A stretch of DNA of 64,000 nt from an uncultured Aquificales bacterium (GTDB taxonomy: Bacteria > Thermosulfidibacterota > Thermosulfidibacteria > Thermosulfidibacterales > Thermosulfidibacteraceae), in the NCBI GenBank assembly GCA_964453345.1, contig CAYVOC010000003.1, positions 19,346 to 83,345 of the forward strand, given 5' to 3'. The notes below the pieces were generated by a model. The model saw only the letters and a program-made list of their open reading frames with translations. It made no database searches and had not been told where the DNA came from. A program made the position numbers and the translations under genes. Numbering within the stretch: the stretch's first letter is position 1; the number at the start of each line of letters is the position of its first letter. Positions 9,506 to 17,743 of the stretch are shown piece after piece.

Positions 9506-11042
9506 ATCTGCCTGCCTCATCGCTTTTGCGATGCTCTTCTTCTGCTCTTTATCTGTTGCTCAGAACCTTCCGGTTGACGTTGAAACTGAGAGGCTTGCCA
9601 GGTGGTATATAAATTATGCGAGCTACCTCATAGATGTTGGTAAATATATGGAGGCTCTTGAGAACTACGAGACTGCCTATGAAATATCCAAGCATCCCAA
9701 AATAAAGGTAGAGGCCCTTTTAGGAAAGGCTATGTTGCTTGCCACCTTTCTTGATGCTCCGGAGGCGGCCCTGAAGACCTACCGGTTGATTGCTGAAAAA
9801 TATCCCGATAAGGCTGAGCTTGCCCTCTATAGGCAGGCCTTGCTTTTGTATCAGCTTGAGAGGTATTCCGAATCCAAAAGGGTCCTCTTGAAATATCAGA
9901 GAAGCTTTCCTTCAGGTAGATTCAGATTCCAGGTGGAAGCCCTTTTAAAGGAGATTGAAAGGGCTGTTCCTGCAAAACCCAAACCTTCCAGGCCAGAGAT
10001 GGAAAGGGTTCCGGTTCCCGTTCTCAGGGTTCGCATAGGCAGACCTACCAAAAGGGTGATTTTGGGCGCAAGGCGTCTTTGCATTAAGGAAAGGGGAATT
10101 TGCAGGAAAAGATTCGAGATCTATTTGAAGGGTAGTTCCCTTTACGAGGAGACACTGGGAGATTTGGGGAGAAAGCTCTGCTTTTCCTCTCAAACTCCAA
10201 TAAAAGTGGTGTCCCAGAGGGTTAAAAAAAGACTGAGGGGAGATGTGTGTCTTTCCATATACAGGGGCAGAATACTTATCGTTAACTGGGTGGATATAGA
10301 AAGCTACCTGCTCTCTGTGGTTCCCTCCGAATCCATAGCATCCTGGCCCATAGAGTCCCTCAAGGCGCAGGCCGTGGCGTCCAGGACCTATGCCTACTAT
10401 CAGAAGCTTCACAGGAAAAACAGGGCCTATGATCTCGTGGATAACGAAGGGGATCAGGCCTATGGAGGAGTCGATAGGGAGCATCCACGGGCTACAAGGG
10501 CTGTTAGAGAGACGAAGGGACAGATCCTTGTGTATAACAAAAGGCCTATACTTGCCATGTTTTCAGCAAACAGCGGTGGATACACTGCGGATCCCAAGGC
10601 TGTTTTTGACTTGAAGAAGCCCTATCTTGTGGCAAAGCCGGATCCGGAAAGCTTGAAGGGGAAGATGGCTAAATGGAAAAGGCGTTTCACCGTTGGGGAG
10701 GTTGAGAGAAGGTTAAACCGCATAGGCATAAAAGTTAGGGGACTTGTCAGCATAGAGCCTGCGGTTCTTGGCCCTTCTGGAAGGGTGGTAAAGGTGAGGA
10801 TTGTGGATTCAAGGGGTAGCAGAGTGTTGAGAACAAGGACCACTTTGAGAAGGGCGCTGCGTCTTCCGGATATTCTCATGAAGATTTACAAAAATGGAGA
10901 TGAGTTTATATTTGTAGGTAGGGGATTTGGGCACGGAGTGGGTTATTCCCAGTGGGGATCCGCCTATATGGGCAAGAAAAAGAGTTACAGGGATATACTG
11001 AAGTTTTATTATCCCAATACCTATCTGGTAAAGCTGTGGTGA
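9468..11042 (+). CDS. TPR + SpoIID/LytB domain lytic transglycosylase
   Basis: Signal peptide and TPRs. SpoIID motifs YLLSVVPSE..W..ESLKAQAVASRTYA, DQAYGG, GRGFGHGVGYSQWG, ILKFYYP. Confidence 0.9.
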   Translation: MWRCVIGLTKNIRSACLIAFAMLFFCSLSVAQNLPVDVETERLARWYINYASYLIDVGKYMEALENYETAYEISKHPKIKVEALLGKAMLLATFLDAPEAALKTYRLIAEKYPDKAELALYRQALLLYQLERYSESKRVLLKYQRSFPSGRFRFQVEALLKEIERAVPAKPKPSRPEMERVPVPVLRVRIGRPTKRVILGARRLCIKERGICRKRFEIYLKGSSLYEETLGDLGRKLCFSSQTPIKVVSQRVKKRLRGDVCLSIYRGRILIVNWVDIESYLLSVVPSESIASWPIESLKAQAVASRTYAYYQKLHRKNRAYDLVDNEGDQAYGGVDREHPRATRAVRETKGQILVYNKRPILAMFSANSGGYTADPKAVFDLKKPYLVAKPDPESLKGKMAKWKRRFTVGEVERRLNRIGIKVRGLVSIEPAVLGPSGRVVKVRIVDSRGSRVLRTRTTLRRALRLPDILMKIYKNGDEFIFVGRGFGHGVGYSQWGSAYMGKKKSYRDILKFYYPNTYLVKLW

Positions 11043-13315
11043 GAAAGTTAGGCTTTATCTACACAATAGCTTTTGTATTGGTGAGCTTTGTATGTTCTTG
11101 CGTTTCCACCGGTGGTGCCGCTGCCAAGGAGAAGAAGGCCTTAAAGGGTGAAACCGGGCCTCAAAAGAGGGAAGAAAAGGGGATTGTTTATATTCCGGAG
11201 CACAAGCTTCCTAAAAAGGTTCTGGTTCTGTTTCCGGTTGCGGACAAGGGAGTAAAGGTTGATAAACAGTTTTCCTTGATGCTCAGATCGGTTTTGCAGA
11301 ACTACTTAAGCAGCAAGGGGTATATTGTAAGATACGCGGACAAGCTTCCAGCTTCCCTATCCGGTGCCATTAATCCTGATGATTTTAAGGATATCTTCTC
11401 TAAGGTTCCGGATATTGACGGGTATATATCGGTTAAGGTTTTTAGCTTTTCGGGCGTTAACGCTGTCTTTGTGAAGCTGTATAGACTTGATGCTCAGATT
11501 TGTATGTATAGCAGAAAATACGGGAAGTTGGGGTGCTGGAGGGATTCTGTAAGCAGAAGGAGGATATCTATATCTACCGATCCTATAGGAATAGCTGCTC
11601 AGGTTCTGGGTAGCGTGCTTAGTGATACCTCTACTACCAAGAAGAAGACCCTCATTATGGAGTGGGCCTACAATATATCCTCTTTGATTCCGGGTTTTTC
11701 GTTTGCGGAGAAAAAACCCAAAATTTACAGAGTCATAACAAATGTGTCGGGTAAATTTTTCAAGATGGGCGACAGGATAGTTGTGGCTGCTGAAGGCGAC
11801 CCGGGAATGGATGCATACTTTGATATAGGAACCTTCAAGAGAAACATAAAGATGGTTGAGACAAGCAAGCCGGGAATATACCAGGGAGTCTATGTGGTTC
11901 AAAGGGGGGATGATGCCGTTAATCAGTATATTGTTGTTAGACTGTTGAATTCCCAAGGGGAAAAAAGCGAATGGCTTGAACTTGAGCCGCCTGTGAACAT
12001 AGATGGTATTCCTCCTAAACCACCGGTTGACGTTTCTTATGCCGTTCTTCCAGAGGGGGTTAGATTAAGCTGGAGATGCGTGGATGGGACGACTGTTGCT
12101 TTTGAGATTTTCAGAAGTCTGCAGCCTCTGTCGGGCTATTCCCTCTTGGGAAAAACGGCGGATCTGAAGTTTGAGGATAGGACTGCTAAACCGGGGGTTG
12201 AGTATTACTACAGAATAGTGGCCCTCGATAGCGTTGGTAACAGGTCGGCTCCTCTGCAGGTGGGACCTGTAAGGGTTCCCGTAAGGAACGCTCTTTTGAA
12301 TGGAACCGTAGTGGGTAGCCTTGTTCCTGGAACCTATCTTCTTGGTGGTAAACTTGAAATTCCTCCCGGCAAGAGTCTGGTTGCTTCGGAGGGGGTCCAC
12401 TTTAGAATCACCAACAGCACTGAGTTAAAGGTTGGTGGAACCCTTGAGTTGTATAATGCCGATTTCGATTTTGAAGGAAACGGAACTCTGATTGTTCGTG
12501 CTGAATCGGGATCCGCTTTGAAGGTTAGAAATGTGAATTTCAAAACCGCAAAAATCTTCTTAAATGGGACCGCCAACATTGAAGATGCCAGGTTTTATGA
12601 TCGGGTTGTGGTTGGGAAGGATGCGGATGTTGTGATGAAGAGGGTGAAGTTCAGTTCGGAAACACCTCTTGTTGTAAACGGGGGAAGATTGAGGCTAATT
12701 GAATGTGAATTTAGAAAATGCAAGGTAGGTGTGGAGGTTGTGGAGGGAAATGTTGTTGTTGAAAAGTCCAACTTCTTTGATGTGCATCTTTTGGTGAAAA
12801 ATAGAAGGGGTAATGTTCTTGTTAAAGAAAGTTACTTGGGATCTTCCGATCCGGCGACCTTCAGGGTTGAGGGTGAGGTTAAAATTGCATCATTTCTTGA
12901 TATGCCCTACCCCGATGGGAATGTTGTGAAGTATGATCCTGAAAGGCTCAAAAAGGAGGCCGAAAGCTTAGTTTCCCAGGCTGTTTCCTATGTTAAAAAG
13001 GGCAACTATGGCAATGCCCTCGAGCTTCTTAATAAAGCTTATAGGTTAGACAAATCAAAGCAGGTGTATTACTGGTTAGCCTATGTTTACACGATGATGG
13101 GAGAGGATGATAAGCTTTCCAGGGTTATAGATGAGGCAATGGAGAGGTATCCCTATGAAGTCAACATATACCAGCTGGCTGTTAGGTATTACATTTTCAA
13201 GGGCAATTACAAACAGGCCGGGAAGATACTTGAAAGGGCCTTAAAACTTCAGCCTAACAATCCGACTCTGTTGTCTTTAAAGGCGCTGTTAGATAGTATG
13301 ATGAAAAAGAGATAA
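11039..13315 (+). CDS. Multidomain exported protein/lipoprotein (alpha/beta N-domain, Ig-like, FN3, beta-helix-like, C-terminal TPR)
   Basis: Likely GTG start at 11039 (GTGA overlap) within ORF 10952..13315. Lipobox-like FVCSC. FN3 signature VRLSW...FEDRTAKPGVEYYYRIVALDSVGNRS. TPRs at the C-terminus. Confidence 0.65.
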   Translation: MRKLGFIYTIAFVLVSFVCSCVSTGGAAAKEKKALKGETGPQKREEKGIVYIPEHKLPKKVLVLFPVADKGVKVDKQFSLMLRSVLQNYLSSKGYIVRYADKLPASLSGAINPDDFKDIFSKVPDIDGYISVKVFSFSGVNAVFVKLYRLDAQICMYSRKYGKLGCWRDSVSRRRISISTDPIGIAAQVLGSVLSDTSTTKKKTLIMEWAYNISSLIPGFSFAEKKPKIYRVITNVSGKFFKMGDRIVVAAEGDPGMDAYFDIGTFKRNIKMVETSKPGIYQGVYVVQRGDDAVNQYIVVRLLNSQGEKSEWLELEPPVNIDGIPPKPPVDVSYAVLPEGVRLSWRCVDGTTVAFEIFRSLQPLSGYSLLGKTADLKFEDRTAKPGVEYYYRIVALDSVGNRSAPLQVGPVRVPVRNALLNGTVVGSLVPGTYLLGGKLEIPPGKSLVASEGVHFRITNSTELKVGGTLELYNADFDFEGNGTLIVRAESGSALKVRNVNFKTAKIFLNGTANIEDARFYDRVVVGKDADVVMKRVKFSSETPLVVNGGRLRLIECEFRKCKVGVEVVEGNVVVEKSNFFDVHLLVKNRRGNVLVKESYLGSSDPATFRVEGEVKIASFLDMPYPDGNVVKYDPERLKKEAESLVSQAVSYVKKGNYGNALELLNKAYRLDKSKQVYYWLAYVYTMMGEDDKLSRVIDEAMERYPYEVNIYQLAVRYYIFKGNYKQAGKILERALKLQPNNPTLLSLKALLDSMMKKR

Positions 13316-13337
13316 AAAACTTGAGGAGGTGTTTGTT

Positions 13338-14477
13338 ATGAGGGGAGCATTCAGAAGACTTTTGGTTGTTGAGTTGTTTATCTTTCTGTTTTCGCTTTCG
13401 GCTTTTGCTGTGACGGTTGAGGTTGTTGGACAGGGGCCAACGAGGCAGGCTGCCATAAATAACGCTCTCAGAGCTGCTATAGAGCAGGCTTTGGGGACCA
13501 GTATAGAGTCAAAGACAAGGGTCAATATGGGAAGACTCGATTACGACAGGATAATAACCGCAAGCGCTGGATACATTAAAAACTACTCTGTCATAGCCGA
13601 GGGGAAGGACCCTGTTGAGGGCATTTATAAGGTGAAGCTCAGAGTTACCGTTGATGACTACAAGCTCAAAGAAGACTTCTTTAACGAGTTCAAGCGCAAT
13701 CCCAGGGCGCAGAAGATTTTTGTAAAGAGCAGGCTTGATAGCAAAAGGGTGGTTGTTCTTTACTCCAAGCGCGCTCACAACTCCCTTCCATACAACACGA
13801 TGCCGGTTAAGGAGATTATCGATAGGATAGAGGATAAGTTGGCCGGTTACGGCTTCAGGGTTTTTCTGCCGGAGCAGATTGCCAGGATAAAGACCAGGGC
13901 CACTGAACTTGCCATCGATGAGGAGACGGCTATTCAGATAGCCCGTCAGGAAGATGGAGATGTGGTGGTCCTGGTGGATGTTCAGGCCGGTAAGAGAAGA
14001 ACCCCCGATGGCTTTTACATCATATACGCTACCGTTTCCCTTAAAGCCTTTGATGTTACAACGGGGGAGTTGTTTGCCAATGTTATAAAGAGGGGCAAAA
14101 CCATAGCAAGGGGAGGATCCTACGGCCTTGAAGAGGGAGCTGCAAGAGCCGTGGCCAAGGTCGCTCCCAAGGCGGTTGATCAGCTTGTCAAGAAGATCGT
14201 TGCAAGGTTGAGCACCAGCCACGAGAAGTTCATTGTGTTTATCTTCAGGGATGTTGATATGGATACGCAGCTCAAACTGCAGGATCTTTTTGCCAATCAG
14301 CTTGGCTGGGACTTCAGGGTTGCAAGGCAATATGGAACCTACCTTGAGGTTGAAGTCTTTTCCGAAAATGATCCCACATCTGCCAATCTGCAGTTTTACA
14401 GGGCCGCTAAGCAGGCGGGAATTCTGTTGAACCTTGTGGAGATGAAGGGATCGAGGATTGTTTATTCTGGAGAATAA
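13338..14477 (+). CDS. Exported protein with FlgT-N/LPP20-like N-terminal domain and CsgG/TolB-N-like middle domain
   Basis: GAGGAGG RBS before ATG 13338. Signal peptide ending SAFA. VVGQGPTRQAAINNALRAAIEQALGTSIES, and ATVSLKAFDVTTGELFA. Confidence 0.6.
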   Translation: MRGAFRRLLVVELFIFLFSLSAFAVTVEVVGQGPTRQAAINNALRAAIEQALGTSIESKTRVNMGRLDYDRIITASAGYIKNYSVIAEGKDPVEGIYKVKLRVTVDDYKLKEDFFNEFKRNPRAQKIFVKSRLDSKRVVVLYSKRAHNSLPYNTMPVKEIIDRIEDKLAGYGFRVFLPEQIARIKTRATELAIDEETAIQIARQEDGDVVVLVDVQAGKRRTPDGFYIIYATVSLKAFDVTTGELFANVIKRGKTIARGGSYGLEEGAARAVAKVAPKAVDQLVKKIVARLSTSHEKFIVFIFRDVDMDTQLKLQDLFANQLGWDFRVARQYGTYLEVEVFSENDPTSANLQFYRAAKQAGILLNLVEMKGSRIVYSGE

Positions 14478-14480
14478 TAC

Positions 14481-15524
14481 ATGTGGAGGGGAAAGATGCG
14501 AAGGGTTTTTGTGAACTATAAATTGTTGGTTGTGCTCTTACTGGGTTTGTTTTTGGTGGCTTGTGAGGTTGCCCCCACGGTTGATATGGGCAAGCTTTCT
14601 AAGAATCCAGAGGATATGAAGATTGCAAAAATAAAACCGCCAACTTACGTTGTGAAAAAGCAAAAACCCAGAATAGTTGTTCTCCCTTTTGAAGATAACA
14701 CCAATGTTTCTAATTGTAATCTCGGGAAAATTGCCACGGATACCGTTCACAATGTTCTCGCTTCTGCTGGTTCCTACAGAGTGGTTGAGAGATCGAAGGC
14801 AAAGGCCATTGCAAGGGAACTTGGATTCCAGGAGAGTCACGGAGTTGATTGGGACAAGATAGAGCAGAAGTATTTTGCCCTGGGTAAGAATATAAATTAT
14901 GCTGTTGTTGGCACGGTAACAGCAGCAGATTATGAAATTAATCGCGGAAAGGTTCCCGGCGTTACTGCTAAGGTTATTCTCAATGTTAGGATCATAGATC
15001 TTCGCAAGGGTGAAGTCGTTCAGGCCTTTGAGGTTAGCGGTGATGTTTATAAAAGCGGAACAACCATGCTGAACTGTGGTATGTTCCAGGAGGCTGTTAA
15101 GGAAGCCGTTACCTGTCCTCTCTTGGTTAAGCTTAGAGAAACTATTCCCCAGTTTGGTTACATAAGAGAGATAAGAACGTATCCCATGAAGGATAACAAG
15201 GTTGCCAAGGTTCTCTTTATAAATCTTGGCAGCTCCGATGGATTAAAACCGGGTGACAAGGTGAAGATTATAAGGCTTGAGAGAAGCAGGGATCCTGTTA
15301 CCGGCAAAGTATCTTTCAGATACGTTGAAATAGGTGAGGGAGTTGTGGCGAAAAACGGACTTATGCCTAATGAGAGTATGGTGTTGGTTAACGATCCGGC
15401 GGTTATCCCGAAGTTGAGGGTGGGATACCTTGTGAGACCTACTGCTGCCAAGGTCGAAGCCCGTTGTGCTGCTGGTGCCTTTGGAGAAGGTTTTATGAAG
15501 TTCTTGGATTCTCTTTCCAAGTAA
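14481..15524 (+). CDS. CsgG/HfaB-family lipoprotein with FlgT C-terminal-like domain
   Basis: Lipobox LVAC. RIVVLPFED, YRVVERSKAKAIARELGFQES, VRIIDLRKGEVV (CsgG-like). LFINLGSSDGLKPGDKV...RDPVTG (FlgT-C-like). Confidence 0.7.
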   Translation: MWRGKMRRVFVNYKLLVVLLLGLFLVACEVAPTVDMGKLSKNPEDMKIAKIKPPTYVVKKQKPRIVVLPFEDNTNVSNCNLGKIATDTVHNVLASAGSYRVVERSKAKAIARELGFQESHGVDWDKIEQKYFALGKNINYAVVGTVTAADYEINRGKVPGVTAKVILNVRIIDLRKGEVVQAFEVSGDVYKSGTTMLNCGMFQEAVKEAVTCPLLVKLRETIPQFGYIREIRTYPMKDNKVAKVLFINLGSSDGLKPGDKVKIIRLERSRDPVTGKVSFRYVEIGEGVVAKNGLMPNESMVLVNDPAVIPKLRVGYLVRPTAAKVEARCAAGAFGEGFMKFLDSLSK

Positions 15525-15543
15525 GCTTTGAGGAGGGTTAGAT

Positions 15544-16737
15544 ATGAAGCGTATAGCTGCTTTGTTTGTGGTTTTAGGGTTGGTTTTGGCTTGTGCCAAG
15601 CCGAAACCTAAGCCTGTGTCGCTGGAGGATACGCCTCAGCATCACTATTTGCAGGGGATGGAGCTTGTTGAAGAGGGGAAGATAGATGAGGCTGAACAGA
15701 GATTTGATAGGGCAGTATATCTGGATCCTGACTATGCCCGGGCTTATGCTGGTAAAGCCTTGGTGTATGCCATTAGAGCCGGCTCTCAGAGGGATAAAGA
15801 GCATGCAGCAGTGGACCTTGAGAGGGCTCTCGATTATCTGAAGAAGGCCTGTAAGAAGGCAAAAGACGATACGGATAAGTTCTCGGTGTATGTGACGGCT
15901 ATTAGGGTTTATACCGAGGGTCACCCTGATGGCTGGCTTGATAGGGCCAAGGAGTATTATGATGATGCCATGGAGCTTGAAAAGGTCGATGAGGGCGGAT
16001 TGATCTACTACCAGACTAAGGCTGCGGCTCCCTATTTCATGGGAATTGCCTACTATAAGGCATACGCTTTCCACAAGGCTGAGGAGATGTTAGGAAGGGT
16101 TCTTTCGATGAAGCCAGGCAAATGGCATGATCCTGCAGATAGACTCTATAAAAAGATCCAGAAGATATTGAGGGCTTCTGCGGAGTATACTCTGACCAAG
16201 GTTGCCAAAAAAATCGCCGTTAAGGATAGGGTAGGCAGAGGGGATGTGGCAGCTTTGCTGGTTGATGAGTTGCACCTGGATAAGTTCTTTGCGGGAAGGA
16301 TATCATCCAGGACCAACAGGCCTGAGCCCGATTTCGTCCCCGCTGATGTTGTGAATCACATGTTCAGGCGTGAGATAATGACGGTGCTGAAGTGGCATAT
16401 AAGGGGACTTGAACCTCAGTATGATCCAACCACAAAGGCCTACCTGTTTAAGCCTGATGAGCCTCTCAAGAGGAAGGAGCTGGCTTTGATCCTTGAGGAT
16501 TTGCTCATCAAGATAACCGGTGATCAGAGTTTGGCGACCAAATATTTTGGAGCGGATCACTCCCCCTTCCCCGATGTTCCTCCTACGGTTCCCTGGTTTA
16601 ATGCTGTGATGAATGTGGTGAGCAGGGGCTTGATGGAAACGGATCTTTCCGGTGATTTTAGACCCGATGATTACGTTGATGGTGCCGAATTGCTACTTGC
16701 CATTATGAAATTGCGCAATGTGCTTCATAACTATTAA
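15544..16737 (+). CDS. TPR + S-layer homology (SLH) domain lipoprotein
   Basis: Lipobox VLAC and N-terminal TPRs. SLH-like repeats PADVVNH..FKPDEPLKRKELA and FPDVPPTVPWFNAVMNVVSRGLM..FRPDDYVDGAE. Confidence 0.78.
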   Translation: MKRIAALFVVLGLVLACAKPKPKPVSLEDTPQHHYLQGMELVEEGKIDEAEQRFDRAVYLDPDYARAYAGKALVYAIRAGSQRDKEHAAVDLERALDYLKKACKKAKDDTDKFSVYVTAIRVYTEGHPDGWLDRAKEYYDDAMELEKVDEGGLIYYQTKAAAPYFMGIAYYKAYAFHKAEEMLGRVLSMKPGKWHDPADRLYKKIQKILRASAEYTLTKVAKKIAVKDRVGRGDVAALLVDELHLDKFFAGRISSRTNRPEPDFVPADVVNHMFRREIMTVLKWHIRGLEPQYDPTTKAYLFKPDEPLKRKELALILEDLLIKITGDQSLATKYFGADHSPFPDVPPTVPWFNAVMNVVSRGLMETDLSGDFRPDDYVDGAELLLAIMKLRNVLHNY

Positions 16738-16755
16738 AATTCTGGAGGTGTAAAA

Positions 16756-17664
16756 ATGCTGAGAAGGGCGGTCAGTTTTTTGGGGTGTTTGCTTTTGGCC
16801 TTTGGCACCCTTTGGGCTCAGGGGTGGGAGGAGATAACTACACCGGTTAAAATATTTGAAGAGGGCTACATCCAGGTTATTGGTCTGTCGGAGGAGGGAC
16901 AGAGCCGCTTCAGGGCTATAAGGGCGGCGGAGGTTGATGCCCAGAGGAAGCTTTTAGAGATCATACAGGGTCTCTCTCTTTATGGGGAGACAACCGTCAG
17001 GGACGGGATGCTCCAGAGCGATGTTGTGAGAACAACGGTCAGAGGATTTCTCAGGGGAGCGGTAAAGTGTGGAGAGAAGTATTACCCCGATAGAGGATAC
17101 GCTGAGGTTTGCATGAGGCTTTACATAAGGGGCAGAGGCGGAATGTATGATGTGATTCTGCCCCTCATGAAGAAGGAGAAGCTTCTCCCACCGCCTCTTC
17201 CGGAGTATAAGCCTAAGCTGATCCCCAAGGTTGTTGAGGAAGGGAAAAAGGAGGTTGTGGTGCCCGAAAAGAAGGAGGAAGCGCCTTCTAAGCCTGAGGT
17301 GGCTGCTCCCTCTGAGCTCAAGACGGTTTATGATGGGCTTATAGTGGATGTTAGAAACTTTAACTTCAAGCCCGCCCTTGTTAACAGGATCATAACGGAG
17401 AAGAAGGAAGTGGTTTTTGATCCTTCCAAGATTGCAAGCAACATACTTATCGAGAGGGGATGCGGCGGCTTTACCACCGATCTCGGCAAGGCAAAGGCTC
17501 TTCTCGCATCCTGGGGTTCCAAGAATCCCATGGTTGTGAAGGCTGTGGGTGTTTATAAATCCACCGACGCTGAGGTTTCCTCTGACGATGCCGCTGCTAT
17601 CTTTGTCCACGATCAGAAGAGCAACTTCCTCGCTGAGGCAAGGGTTGTTTTTCTACTGAAATAG
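16756..17664 (+). CDS. Exported LPP20-like protein
   Basis: GGAGG RBS and signal peptide ending LWA. AIRAAEVDAQRKLLEIIQGLSLYGETTVRD (LPP20-like). Pro/Glu/Lys linker, then a YDGLIVDVR...ARVVFLL C-terminal domain. Confidence 0.6.
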   Translation: MLRRAVSFLGCLLLAFGTLWAQGWEEITTPVKIFEEGYIQVIGLSEEGQSRFRAIRAAEVDAQRKLLEIIQGLSLYGETTVRDGMLQSDVVRTTVRGFLRGAVKCGEKYYPDRGYAEVCMRLYIRGRGGMYDVILPLMKKEKLLPPPLPEYKPKLIPKVVEEGKKEVVVPEKKEEAPSKPEVAAPSELKTVYDGLIVDVRNFNFKPALVNRIITEKKEVVFDPSKIASNILIERGCGGFTTDLGKAKALLASWGSKNPMVVKAVGVYKSTDAEVSSDDAAAIFVHDQKSNFLAEARVVFLLK

Positions 17665-17672
17665 ACCTTTTA

Positions 17673-17703
17673 AAGAAGGGGGCTGTAAATCAGCCCCCTT
17701 CTT
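17673..17703 (+). terminator. Perfect 13-bp stem hairpin, probable intrinsic terminator (possibly bidirectional)
   Basis: AAGAAGGGGGCTG-TAAAT-CAGCCCCCTTCTT, starting 9 nt after the stop codon ending at 17664. The U-tract is short. Confidence 0.75.
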
Positions 17704-17743
17704 GGGCCTTCCCTTCTATCTTTCCGTGGAGAGTGATGGGTCG

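Noticed and set aside
13338-15524. Calling the CsgG/FlgT-like genes a curli or flagellar locus
   Set aside because: No csgA/B/E/F or flagellar structural genes are present in the window, so only fold-level similarity is supported.
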